A DNA stretch of 62,194 nucleotides from a virus (lineage: Duplodnaviria; Heunggongvirae; Uroviricota; Caudoviricetes): IMG/VR virus record IMGVR_UViG_3300036829_000172, positions 1-62,194 of that record, one strand, 5' to 3'. The notes beneath the pieces are model-generated. The model searched no databases and was not told the DNA's origin. It saw nothing but the letters and a program-made list of their open reading frames with translations. Within the stretch, counting starts at the first letter, position 1. Each line of letters begins with the position of its first letter. This document shows, piece by piece, positions 19,804-28,935 of this stretch. The position numbers and the translations under genes are program-made.

Positions 19804-20364
19804 ACCACGCTGCCGCGTCGGCTTCGGCGCGTCAGACCCCGACACCGCCGCCGCCCCCGGCTCCTGCGACACCGGCGCGGGCACACCGCGGCGCAGCCCC
19901 ATACCCGGCTCCAGCCGCCCCCCCGGCACCCGCCACGTCACCATCGCCCGATACCGAGCCAAATTCACCAGCGGATCAGCAATACGCGTGATCACCCCCG
20001 GAGCATGCGAATACGTCACATACCACTGATCGCCGTTAGGCATCTCCATGGTGACACCCTGCGCGTTCGCGCCCCACCCCACCGCCACACCGATCAGATG
20101 CTCAGCCATCGGCTCCTGACTGTTCGGCGCATACGCATGCAAAATCACCGACACATCCCACAACAACCCGTCAGGACGCAGCACACCACCGCCCGCCTCG
20201 ATCCGCAGAAACGCGTTGATGGTGTCCGCGGTGTCCGCCGGCCGCGGCCGCCGGGTCCCGACCGGCGTCGGCGCCACCAACGGCGTGAAATACACCTCCG
20301 CCAGCGACTCGATGGGCGGCGGCCGGGTCGTCGCGAACGGGCGCGGAGCCAACGGACCAGTCAT
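19786..20364 (-). CDS. Tail terminator-like protein
   Basis: Directly upstream of major tail; FLRIEAGGG...VILHAYA. Confidence 0.65.
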   Translation of the reverse strand: MTGPLAPRPFATTRPPPIESLAEVYFTPLVAPTPVGTRRPRPADTADTINAFLRIEAGGGVLRPDGLLWDVSVILHAYAPNSQEPMAEHLIGVAVGWGANAQGVTMEMPNGDQWYVTYSHAPGVITRIADPLVNLARYRAMVTWRVPGGRLEPGMGLRRGVPAPVSQEPGAAAVSGSDAPKPTRQRGSAAKR

Positions 20365-20852
20365 TCGCCGCCACCCTCAACCGCACCAGCCTCAGCCTCA
20401 CCCGCGCTGGCCTCGACACCGCCGCCGTCCTCCGGGACGCTGGACGTCGCAGACGGACGCTCAGCCGCCGCCGCCGGCACCGATTTCGGGTCGGACCCCA
20501 CCGACGCCAACGCCTTCAACAACGTCGAATGCACAGCATTGTCGATGTAAGCCTTAAAATTGCCGGGCCTCACCCGGCCGCGGCCACGAATGTTGTTCGG
20601 GTTCGTCGACACCGTGTACGTGTAGACCGCGCCCGGCGTAATAGCCAACGAATTGCACAAGTCAGTAACCTCCTGACACCGCTGATCCACCGCCGCAGTG
20701 ATCTGCGGATCGTGCATAATCCGCCGGAACATGTCCGGCGACAGCTTCAGCGTGATCCCGCCACCCAAGTCGAGCTCGCCGGGGAAACCGCCTTCGGTCG
20801 GACTGGAAACCGACTCGCCCGCAACCTCACCCTCACCCCACGCGGCAGTCAT
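20361..20852 (-). CDS. Neck/head-tail region protein
   Basis: Synteny; TLLKAL C-terminal motif common in actinophage neck genes. Confidence 0.55.
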   Translation of the reverse strand: MTAAWGEGEVAGESVSSPTEGGFPGELDLGGGITLKLSPDMFRRIMHDPQITAAVDQRCQEVTDLCNSLAITPGAVYTYTVSTNPNNIRGRGRVRPGNFKAYIDNAVHSTLLKALASVGSDPKSVPAAAAERPSATSSVPEDGGGVEASAGEAEAGAVEGGGE

Positions 20853-20871
20853 CCCAGCACCCCCAATTTCG

Positions 20872-21288
20872 TCACGTGACGCGTCTGACCTTCAAAACGC
20901 CTCCCATGGACCGGGTCAAACTCGGCCACGGCGACTGACGATCATCAGCCGGCACACCATCCACCCAATACGCCACACCCGTGTCCGGCACATAATGACC
21001 GTCCGCATCCAACTTGATCCACAACAACACCTGATCAGCAGCCGAATACACCGTGGGGTCCGGCACCGCGACACGCAACGTCGTATCGCTGCTCTCCACA
21101 TAATCGGAGCTGATCACCTCACGGCTCGACACCCCCAGCCGCCCGAACTGCGACACCGAATACACCCGCCGCACCACCGGCGGATCCTCCACCACCGGCG
21201 CATTACCATGCTCATCAACCGGCGCGTCCAGATCCTCCCACCGCCGGATATGCGCCAGCCGATGCGGAGTCGGCGCGAACCCCATCAC
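20872..21288 (-). CDS. Head-to-tail stopper
   Basis: DEHGN N-terminal motif, YWVDGVP, terminal LKVRRVT; synteny. Confidence 0.7.
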   Translation of the reverse strand: MMGFAPTPHRLAHIRRWEDLDAPVDEHGNAPVVEDPPVVRRVYSVSQFGRLGVSSREVISSDYVESSDTTLRVAVPDPTVYSAADQVLLWIKLDADGHYVPDTGVAYWVDGVPADDRQSPWPSLTRSMGGVLKVRRVT

Positions 21289-21887
21289 CGCACCGCCGGA
21301 ACCGCATACGACGCCAACCGCGACATCTGCTCCCGATTCAGGTTCACCCCGAAATTCTGCGTCGGCTGCAACCGGAACCCCGGCGTCTCAACACTTTTCA
21401 CATTCCCCGCGTTCATCTCCAACGCCGAGCTCGCCAACTCGAAGACCACCGACTTCACATCATCAGGCACCGCCGCATACCCGTGCGTGAACGTCACCGT
21501 CGCCAACCCGTACTGCCCGGTCGGCGCCGGCGCATAACTACCCGGCCCGTAATAGAACCCCGACCAGCCGTCACCCATCGCCGCCGCCGCCTCGATCACC
21601 CCGTAGTCGAACCACGTGTAGGACCCCGGATCCAACGTCACCGCACTCATCAGAACACCGGGAGTCTGCAACGCCACCGACGCCACCGCAGTCACATGCA
21701 TCGACGGCAGTTCGATGATGCCCTGCGACCCGATCCGCAGATCAGTCACCGTCTCCGTCACGCTCGGAAAAATGTGCCAGCCGCAGTGCCGGCGGACCTC
21801 CGCACCAGCAGCCCGCACATAAAAATCGGCGTCCTGATTCTGAAACGACGCCCAATCAGGATCCTGGGTGGTCAGCAAGCTCTCCAC
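21285..21887 (-). CDS. Head-to-tail adaptor
   Basis: VRRHCGWHIFP...VTFTHGYAAVPDDVK. Confidence 0.8.
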   Translation of the reverse strand: MESLLTTQDPDWASFQNQDADFYVRAAGAEVRRHCGWHIFPSVTETVTDLRIGSQGIIELPSMHVTAVASVALQTPGVLMSAVTLDPGSYTWFDYGVIEAAAAMGDGWSGFYYGPGSYAPAPTGQYGLATVTFTHGYAAVPDDVKSVVFELASSALEMNAGNVKSVETPGFRLQPTQNFGVNLNREQMSRLASYAVPAVR

Positions 21888-21893
21888 AAGCTG

Positions 21894-22460
21894 CTACTTC
21901 CCGCGCGGTCCAGCCTTCTTCGCCGGGCCGGCCTTCTTCTCCGACTGCTGCTGGGCCTTCTCCTGGGCCTCACGCTCAGCAGCGACACGCGCCTCATCAT
22001 CCTCCTGCGACGGCACACCCTCAGGCACCGGACCGGGGTCCGGCATCGGGCGCACCACCTCCGGATCAGTCTCAACCGGCCCCTGCACCGCATCCGGCAC
22101 CGGAAACTCCGGCTCCTCACCCTTCTTCAACGGCTCAGGCGGACGAGCCGGCGGCGGCGGCGTACCCGCCTCGTCGAAGCCCTGCTTGTCGACGCGCTTG
22201 ACCTTGCTGATCTCCTCACCGGTCACCGCATCAACCAGCTTGATGTCCGACGCGTCCTTGGCGACACTGATCTGGTCCAGCATGGTCTGAAGATGCTTCG
22301 GCACCTTCTCACCGGCCGCCTCGAACGCGGCGACGCGCTCGCGGATAGCTTTCGCCTCCGCAGCCTCGGGATCACGAACGTAAATGCCGCCCTCAGGAGG
22401 CGCCGAAACACGCCCGAACATACCGGTAGCGGCGGGAACCTGCTTACGACCAACAGCCAT
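21894..22460 (-). CDS. Pro/Glu-rich hypothetical protein downstream of capsid
   Basis: Co-oriented ORF with plausible composition. Confidence 0.55.
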   Translation of the reverse strand: MAVGRKQVPAATGMFGRVSAPPEGGIYVRDPEAAEAKAIRERVAAFEAAGEKVPKHLQTMLDQISVAKDASDIKLVDAVTGEEISKVKRVDKQGFDEAGTPPPPARPPEPLKKGEEPEFPVPDAVQGPVETDPEVVRPMPDPGPVPEGVPSQEDDEARVAAEREAQEKAQQQSEKKAGPAKKAGPRGK

Positions 22461-22565
22461 GTGCGCAGGCTAGCCATCGGCACGATCATTTCAGCCGCGG
22501 CGCGCCGAAACCCCTGTGAGCAGGAACGGCAAACCAAGAGGTGTTCAAGTTCAAATTCTGAACAT

Positions 22566-23405
22566 CTAGCGGACCGGGGTAGTGAGAGCCTTCTCCACCG
22601 ACCAGCCGTGGGCCAGACGCGAACGCACCAGGTTCGGTGGTAGGCCAAGCCGTTTTTCCCATGCGCCGATCGATGTGGTCACGCCATCGAACGTGATCAG
22701 CCGGTTGTCCCGTCGGTTATTGGACTGCTCGGAGGGGGTTGCCCAACGACAGTTGTCAGGCTCGTAGTGCCCGTCGTTGTCGATGCGGTCCAGCGTCATG
22801 CCATCAGGACGTTCACCCATGTCGGCCAAAAAATTCTCGAACACCTCCCAGCGCGGGCACACCGTGATGCCACGCTCACCATAAATAGCGTAGCCGCTGT
22901 TGTTGGCGTTGCGACACCGCTGCAACATCGCGGCCCATGACGCGTAAGCCGGGGTGCGACACTGGCCATGCGTGGTCAACATATCCGTCCAGCGCTGACT
23001 CAGGAGTTTACGGCGGAGACAGCCGCATGATTGGCTACCCCTCCTTACGAGATCGCCGCCGCTCACCGCGCGTTCAGTGCCGCATTCGCAGCGACACAAC
23101 CAGTAGAGAACGTTCGCTCCTGAGGGCTGCCGCCGCGATGGTGCTTCGGCGATCACGGTCCAGCATCCGAACACCTCACCAAGTAAGTCGGACCGGTTCT
23201 TTACGCAGCCGCGGCCGCACGACGTGCTCTTGCCCTTAAGAAGCGTGGCGCCGCTCACCGCGCGTTCAGTGCCGCATTCGCAGCGACACAACCAGTAGCG
23301 ATATAGGTGGCCTGAGGGCAGGCGCCGCGATGGTGCTTCGGCGATCACGGTCCAGCGCCCCGAACTGCTGGCCTTGAAGATCCTTGTGCTGTGGCGGCAT
23401 ACCAC
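22566..23405 (-). CDS. HNH homing endonuclease with duplicated N-terminal WLCRCECG domain
   Basis: GERGITVCPRW..FLADMGERP..TLDRIDNDGHYEPDNCRWAT..QSNN. Confidence 0.88.
   Translation of the reverse strand: MVCRHSTRIFKASSSGRWTVIAEAPSRRLPSGHLYRYWLCRCECGTERAVSGATLLKGKSTSCGRGCVKNRSDLLGEVFGCWTVIAEAPSRRQPSGANVLYWLCRCECGTERAVSGGDLVRRGSQSCGCLRRKLLSQRWTDMLTTHGQCRTPAYASWAAMLQRCRNANNSGYAIYGERGITVCPRWEVFENFLADMGERPDGMTLDRIDNDGHYEPDNCRWATPSEQSNNRRDNRLITFDGVTTSIGAWEKRLGLPPNLVRSRLAHGWSVEKALTTPVR
23058..23356. repeat. Internal direct repeat, 192-bp period
   Basis: 23058-23106 identical to 23250-23298, plus a second identical block of about 34 bp. Confidence 0.85.
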
Positions 23406-23428
23406 AGCACGCTAACAGACCAGTACGA

Positions 23429-23460
23429 CAAATGGCCCGTCACTAAGGACGGGCCATTTG
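23429..23460 (-). terminator. Hairpin/terminator downstream of capsid gene
   Basis: Perfect 13-bp inverted repeat CAAATGGCCCGTC-n6-GACGGGCCATTTG. Confidence 0.65.
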
Positions 23461-23472
23461 CGCAGCTAACCA

Positions 23473-24933
23473 CTAAAAGGTGGGCGTGGTCAGACCCGTG
23501 ATCTGCACGACGGATTGCGGATAACGACCTGCCGAGAAGGCAAGGTAGTTGTAAATCTGCAGCAGCACAGTTAACGTCTGCGCTTTGGTTTCCGGCAGCA
23601 CCCGGGCACGAATACCGGACTCCCACAAAACGATATCCGACGCGCGCAGGACGTAAATGTAATCCTGATTCGTGCCATACCCCAAGTTCGTTGGGATATT
23701 AGGGTCAGTTACGACTGGCAACCCTAACATTGAGCCCACAACTTGCTGGCTCGCGACGTCGGTGAGGATACCGGCGGCGGCGAACAGGCCCTGTGACGGC
23801 GGCAGGAACAGCGGCCGGTCGTTATTGTCGAGCAAACTCTGGAACCAGCCCCAGCGCCGCGGGTGCATAACGATGACCTCTGGAGGCATGAAGCGGGTCG
23901 TATGGACCAGCTGGATCGCGTTGGCGATCGCGGAGTACACACCCTGCAGGGTGACTGCGGCGACAGCGACGGTGTTGATGCCGACGGTGGCGTTGATGCC
24001 CCGCACCTGTCCGGCGGTCCCGGTGCCGGCCAGTACTTGGACGTCGGTGGCGGCTGCGTGTGCTGCGACGAGGTCGCGGAACACGATGTCGTCGAACGCG
24101 ATCGGGCTCTGGTCGATGAGCTGGATGCTGACGCCTTGTGCGCCGGCGATGGTGCACACGGGGGCGTTGATGAAGGTGTCGGTCAGGTCCACGTCGACGA
24201 CTGTGGTGTTGTCGGCGACCTGGATACCGACGGCGGTTCCGGTCAACAGCTTCGGGATGTTGATCGAATCGGTTCCGCCGGGCAACGGCTGGCGTTGCAC
24301 GAGGTTGGCGAAAGCCCGTCCAGGCCGTGCCAATTCGACGTACTGGTCCATCAGCCAGGCCGGTGGGACGGCCCAGCCGCCTTGGCCTTCGGTGCGGGAC
24401 AGGTCGCGGTACTCGGCGTACTCGTCGAGGGTCTGGACGTCGTGGGCGTGGCGCATCAGCCGGTCTTTGGAGTCGCCGGTGTCGTCCAGGTTCAGGCTGT
24501 ACTTGATGAGGTCCTGAATGTAGGAGCGGCGGCGGTCGTTCTTCTGGTAGATGGCCTGCTCGGTGACCGTGGTGAGCGCGTGCTCAGCTTTGCGGATCTT
24601 GGCGAGGTTTTTGCTGATCTGGCCGGAGCGTTCGATCTCGGCGCGGATCTCCTCGATGCGTTCGTCGAGGCCGACGATTTCGGCGCCGGATGTCCGCATT
24701 TCGGTCATGTAGCGGCGGTATTCGGCGTCTTCCTCGGATTCGAGCTTTTCGCGGCCTTGCTCGCGGGCGAGCAGAAGGACAGCTTCGGCTTTCTGCTGGT
24801 GGCGGGCGCGGGCTTCGGCGGTGTTGTCGCGGCGCTTGAGGAGCTGCTGCAGGAAGAACTCGAGGCCGCCGGCGGCGCCGACGGGGGAGGTCTGCTCGCG
24901 GTTCTCAATCATGTCGCGGATGTCAGCGGTCAT
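23473..24933 (-). CDS. Major capsid protein, HK97 fold, with N-terminal coiled-coil (delta/scaffold) domain
   Basis: ATG 24933 with AAGGA RBS; GGWAVPP, VIVMHPRRW, MLGLPVVTDPNIP. Confidence 0.92.
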   Translation of the reverse strand: MTADIRDMIENREQTSPVGAAGGLEFFLQQLLKRRDNTAEARARHQQKAEAVLLLAREQGREKLESEEDAEYRRYMTEMRTSGAEIVGLDERIEEIRAEIERSGQISKNLAKIRKAEHALTTVTEQAIYQKNDRRRSYIQDLIKYSLNLDDTGDSKDRLMRHAHDVQTLDEYAEYRDLSRTEGQGGWAVPPAWLMDQYVELARPGRAFANLVQRQPLPGGTDSINIPKLLTGTAVGIQVADNTTVVDVDLTDTFINAPVCTIAGAQGVSIQLIDQSPIAFDDIVFRDLVAAHAAATDVQVLAGTGTAGQVRGINATVGINTVAVAAVTLQGVYSAIANAIQLVHTTRFMPPEVIVMHPRRWGWFQSLLDNNDRPLFLPPSQGLFAAAGILTDVASQQVVGSMLGLPVVTDPNIPTNLGYGTNQDYIYVLRASDIVLWESGIRARVLPETKAQTLTVLLQIYNYLAFSAGRYPQSVVQITGLTTPTF

Positions 24934-25183
24934 AGCGACGGTCCTTAAGAAGGATGCACCCTTTTTCAGGGCACGAAAAGATAGGGACGTGGCCCTAACC
25001 TGGGCGGGGGCTGTTCGCCGGCCCGCCAACGGACGTGTCGCCGTTGGGCACTTGGTTGCGGCTCGCGGAGCGTCTTTCCCACGTCTGGGCGGCCCGGGAG
25101 GCGGCAACCTGGCGACGATTATTGGCGCAGCCGGCGGACACGCTCAACGCGACACGCCGTACACCGGTAAAGCATCGGCAATC

Positions 25184-25861
25184 ATGTACCGGGTGAAGAG
25201 AATCGCGATCCCGCTGCACGACTTCGTCACCGCCGAGCAGAAGGTGGTTGTGGGGCTACCGATGTATCGGCAGGTGTCGTCGGCGTGGCTGTTCAACTGG
25301 TGGCGGATGTGGACACGGTCGTGTGTCGGTCTGGTCGCAGTGGAGGGTGCTCGGCTGCCGGTCGCGATGACGCGGGTCGTGGAGGATGCGTTGCGGAAGT
25401 TCGACGGCTGGGAGTGGCTGGTGGTGTTTGAGGATGATGTGGTGCCGCCGGTGGATGCGTTCGACCGTGTCGCGGCGTACGGCGGCGGCGAGTTCGACGT
25501 GGTGACGGGGCTGCATTTCGGGCATGAGCCGCCGTACCGGGTGTTGGCGTTTGAGCAGGTAGGTGACAGCTACGAGTGCGTGTCGGCGGACGTGGTGCGG
25601 GGGTGGGTGGAGCGTCCGGGGGTGTATGAGGTTGATGCTGTGCCGATGGGGTTCACGGCGATCGCGCGGCGGGTGTTAGAGGACTGGGATCCTGCGGTGT
25701 TGATGTGGCAGCCCGATGTGCCGGGGGCGGGTCAGGATGTGCATTTCTGCAAGGAGGCGCGTAAGCAGGGGTACCGGATCGGGGTGGATTCGGCGTTGCG
25801 GTGCGCGCATCTCAGCGAAGTGCCGGTCGACTATTCACATCATCAGGCGGCGGGCGGATGA
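25184..25861 (+). CDS. GT-A fold glycosyltransferase
   Basis: VVFEDD, MGFTAIARRVLE, GQDVHFC..A...G..I.VD...C.H. Confidence 0.75.
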   Translation: MYRVKRIAIPLHDFVTAEQKVVVGLPMYRQVSSAWLFNWWRMWTRSCVGLVAVEGARLPVAMTRVVEDALRKFDGWEWLVVFEDDVVPPVDAFDRVAAYGGGEFDVVTGLHFGHEPPYRVLAFEQVGDSYECVSADVVRGWVERPGVYEVDAVPMGFTAIARRVLEDWDPAVLMWQPDVPGAGQDVHFCKEARKQGYRIGVDSALRCAHLSEVPVDYSHHQAAGG

Positions 25862-26082
25862 GCGCGCCGGCGGTGCTGCGCTGTTCGACGTGCGGGCAGG
25901 AGCTCACCGGCCTGGACCCGCCGGCTGATACCGAGCTTGAGCTGCTGTGGGGTTACTGCCGGTTCTGCCGGCAGGCCGCCGATTTCGCGCGGTTCCTGGC
26001 GGCGCGTACCCACCGCGGCGGCGTCGATTTCCAGCCGTGGCAGCTGGTGCTCTTGAGCCGCTGGCTGCGCCTCAAAGGCTAG
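25858..26082 (+). CDS. Small CxxC...CxxC protein
   Basis: ATGA overlap with glycosyltransferase stop. Confidence 0.5.
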   Translation: MSAPAVLRCSTCGQELTGLDPPADTELELLWGYCRFCRQAADFARFLAARTHRGGVDFQPWQLVLLSRWLRLKG

Positions 26083-26264
26083 GGCGTTCAGAAGCCCCTT
26101 GGGTTCTCAAGTTCCCACCGTGCGGGCATCCCGAACGGGCACGGGCCAGCGCCGTCTCGGTGCCATGGCAGGGATGGGTCTTCCGGCTTGCCCATCCAGC
26201 AGTAGTAGCGTGGGGCTGTTTTGTTGCACTGACTGCACAGCTCGCCATCCATGCTTTGCCCTCT

Positions 26265-27722
26265 CTACGGTCGCGGGTCGCTCCACTGCCTGTTCAGTTC
26301 GGCCAGTGCCCGACGCTGATTAGCTGCGGTGTCCGGCGACCCGTTCATCAGGAGTTTCATCGCCACGTCGTAGAGCTGGTCACGGAACACCGACCAGTCG
26401 GGGATCTCCACTTCCTCGCCGACGTCGCCGCGGACCAGCAGTCTGGCGTGCTCGCGGTCTGTCGGCAGCAGCTCCTGCCAGCGGATCCGGGGACCGAGCT
26501 CGCTGCTCAAAGTTTTCTGCCCCGACTCCTGCGACGTTTCAGGGTGCCGGGTGGTGAACTGTGACCAGTCCTGCGCGGCCTCCAACACTTCACGCTCGAG
26601 CGCGCCTTTCATCACCAGGACGGCCGGGAAGATCGCGCGGAGCTCGTCGCAGTAGTCCCGGCCGTACACGGTGGCCAGCTGGCAGGTGGCCTGCACGGCG
26701 GCCATCATGTTGATCGACAGTCCGCGGGCTTCCCCGATGATGCGGCGCAGCGTGGGGATCGGGGCGGTGTTGGGTAGCTCGTCGATGATGAGCAGCAGGT
26801 TGCATAGGGTTTCGTCGCGGGCGGCGGTTTTGTCGCGCCACCGTCGCACCAGTGAGTCCAGCAGTGTTACTGCGGCGCCGGCGACTGTGCCGTCGGCGGG
26901 GGCCAGGACGAAAAGGGTGGCCTGCGGGTCGTCGAGGAACGCCGGGTTGAACGGGGGCGCGGCGAGTTTCGGGTCGTAGCGGGCGGCCAGCGCGGTGCGC
27001 AGCCACGGGGTGATCGCTTTGCGCATGGTGATGGCGACCGAGTCGCGTTGGCCGGGGCCCATGGCGGCGATGCGTTCCAAGCCCAGCGCTAACTCGTCGT
27101 AGCGTCCGCACAGTTTCGCCGCCGTTTTCCAGCCCGGGTCGCCGCCGTCGCCGTCAAGGTCCAGCGGTTCCTGCCCGTCCTGTTTGCGTTTTTTGCGGCG
27201 GGCGACGTTGTCGACGGCGCGTAACACCCAGCGGATCCCGGCGTTGTTGCCGACCGGGGAGGCAGCGTAGAGGAACGCGGCCAGCGGTCCGGCGGCGTTG
27301 GCTTCCCACACGCCGCTATCGCCGAACTGTTCGGTGGAGCCCAGGCCGACGGTGGACATGGCCATGATGGTTTCGGCGACGGTGAGGGCTTCCATGGGTG
27401 TGGTGATCGTCGTTGTCGGGTCGTAGCCGGCGACGGTCACGCCGGGCGGGTAGACGGGGGCTTTGACGGGCCGCAGGTCGATGACGGTTTTGGGTCCGGC
27501 GCGGCGTTCGGACACCAGCTCGATGAGGTCGTCTTTGGAGGACACGATCGTCGCGGGGCCGGTCCAGGTGACGGCGGCGGGTGTCAGGATGCAGCGGGTT
27601 TTACCGATTCCGGGTGGCCCGGTGACCAGGACGTGCGGCGCGGTGCGGGCGACGACCTTACGTTTGCCGCCGCCGTCGACGGTGCGGGTGGCGAATCCGC
27701 AGAACGGAGTGTTCATGTTCAT
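26265..27722 (-). CDS. virD4: Type IV coupling protein, VirD4/TraG-like
   Basis: Walker A GPPGIGKT, IVSSKDDL, Walker B LLIIDELPN, AVQATCQL. Confidence 0.88.
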   Translation of the reverse strand: MNMNTPFCGFATRTVDGGGKRKVVARTAPHVLVTGPPGIGKTRCILTPAAVTWTGPATIVSSKDDLIELVSERRAGPKTVIDLRPVKAPVYPPGVTVAGYDPTTTITTPMEALTVAETIMAMSTVGLGSTEQFGDSGVWEANAAGPLAAFLYAASPVGNNAGIRWVLRAVDNVARRKKRKQDGQEPLDLDGDGGDPGWKTAAKLCGRYDELALGLERIAAMGPGQRDSVAITMRKAITPWLRTALAARYDPKLAAPPFNPAFLDDPQATLFVLAPADGTVAGAAVTLLDSLVRRWRDKTAARDETLCNLLLIIDELPNTAPIPTLRRIIGEARGLSINMMAAVQATCQLATVYGRDYCDELRAIFPAVLVMKGALEREVLEAAQDWSQFTTRHPETSQESGQKTLSSELGPRIRWQELLPTDREHARLLVRGDVGEEVEIPDWSVFRDQLYDVAMKLLMNGSPDTAANQRRALAELNRQWSDPRP

Positions 27723-27949
27723 GTTTTGAACACCCCGTTGTTGTATGGGTGCTCGGTGACCGTGCGAACGATGATCTCGGGATCTTCCAGCGCACTGTTG
27801 CCCTTCTGAAGGTCGTGGTAGAAATCGAGCGCCTGCTGCTCAGTTGCCGCTGGTAGGTCCACCGTTTGCCATACCTTCTTACCGGCGGGATCGCGCACCC
27901 ACCGCCGGCAGCGGACGATGTATTCGGTCCATTGCTTCGCTTTAACCAT
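27719..27949 (-). CDS. Small hypothetical protein
   Basis: ATG 27949; stop overlaps virD4 start. Confidence 0.5.
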   Translation of the reverse strand: MVKAKQWTEYIVRCRRWVRDPAGKKVWQTVDLPAATEQQALDFYHDLQKGNSALEDPEIIVRTVTEHPYNNGVFKT

Positions 27950-27960
27950 GTCGTGCGTCT

Positions 27961-28638
27961 CTAGCTGTGCCCGGCGAGGATGGTGGCGATGACCCCGCCG
28001 ATCATCCACACCGCTCCGAGCAGGCAGCCGGTTAACCCCCACAGGATCGGTCGGGTGGACTGCGTGCGGGTGTCGTGGTGGCCCAGGCCCAGGCCGCGTG
28101 CCAGTTCGCTGGTCATGGGCGGCGGCTGCGTCGGCCACCAGCCGGCCGACACGGCGAGCCAGCCGTTGAGGATTCCGTAGATGGCGGCGGCGGCGAACGC
28201 GGCGGGGATCTGCGCGATCAGCCACGGCGCGGCCAGCGTCGTCAGCAGTGAGCCGTTGGGCCAGTAGAGCAGCACCGTCAACACGCCGGTGCCGAACGCG
28301 GACCACAGCAGCACGGCGACCGGGTAGGAGGGCAGTTCGGCGGAGATCAGGTTGACGGTGCGCCGGTATATCAGCACACCCAGCGGCCAGCCGAGCGGGG
28401 CCAGGGCGGCGGCGGCGCCGATGATGACGGCCTCAGCGGGGGTGGGTTTGCGGATCCACAGCGGGCCGATGACGTTGTCGTCGGCGGGATCGGTGCCGGC
28501 TCCGGCGGCGTGGCGTTTACGGCGGCCGATCTGCTGGTTGAGCAGCTGCGCGCGGCGTTTCTGGATGTTGGTGAACGGGTGCTCCCGAAGCCAGGCGTGC
28601 CGCGTCTCGTCGTAGTAGTCGGGTTGCACCTCGCGCAT
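27961..28638 (-). CDS. Multi-TM membrane protein upstream of virD4
   Basis: About 4 hydrophobic segments; start MREVQPDYY. Confidence 0.65.
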   Translation of the reverse strand: MREVQPDYYDETRHAWLREHPFTNIQKRRAQLLNQQIGRRKRHAAGAGTDPADDNVIGPLWIRKPTPAEAVIIGAAAALAPLGWPLGVLIYRRTVNLISAELPSYPVAVLLWSAFGTGVLTVLLYWPNGSLLTTLAAPWLIAQIPAAFAAAAIYGILNGWLAVSAGWWPTQPPPMTSELARGLGLGHHDTRTQSTRPILWGLTGCLLGAVWMIGGVIATILAGHS

Positions 28639-28707
28639 CAGCACCTCACAGGGAAACACGTCTGTTTGTTTATTGTATTTCCTGACCGATTCTGCCACGA
28701 TAACCTG

Positions 28708-28935
28708 ATGTATGGAACAGCGGTACTCGTGGCGCTGAGCATGATCGTGCTTGCGCCGCTGATGGTGGTGGTGATCGCGCGGCTGCAGGGCGGTCAGCCA
28801 GTCAGTGAACCGTATATCAACGCAGCACCGCCTGCGCCTGCCGCCGCGCCGCGCGTCTACCCGCGGCGCGCCGCGAGGCGTCTCGTACACCGAGGCGGTC
28901 AGCGGGTCACGCATCCGGCGTGGGGACCGCGGTGA
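28708..28935 (+). CDS. Small membrane protein
   Basis: N-terminal hydrophobic stretch; GTGA overlap with next gene. Confidence 0.45.
   Translation: MYGTAVLVALSMIVLAPLMVVVIARLQGGQPVSEPYINAAPPAPAAAPRVYPRRAARRLVHRGGQRVTHPAWGPR

Noticed and set aside
1-24933. Tailocin or gene transfer agent
   Set aside because: A capsid is present (not a tailocin), and the mobile-element context with multiple HNH genes favours a phage; cannot be fully excluded without the packaging genes.
24934-25107. N-terminal capsid extension or protease remnant
   Set aside because: No protease motifs; good RBS at ATG 24933. Similar over-long starts were trimmed for several other ORFs.
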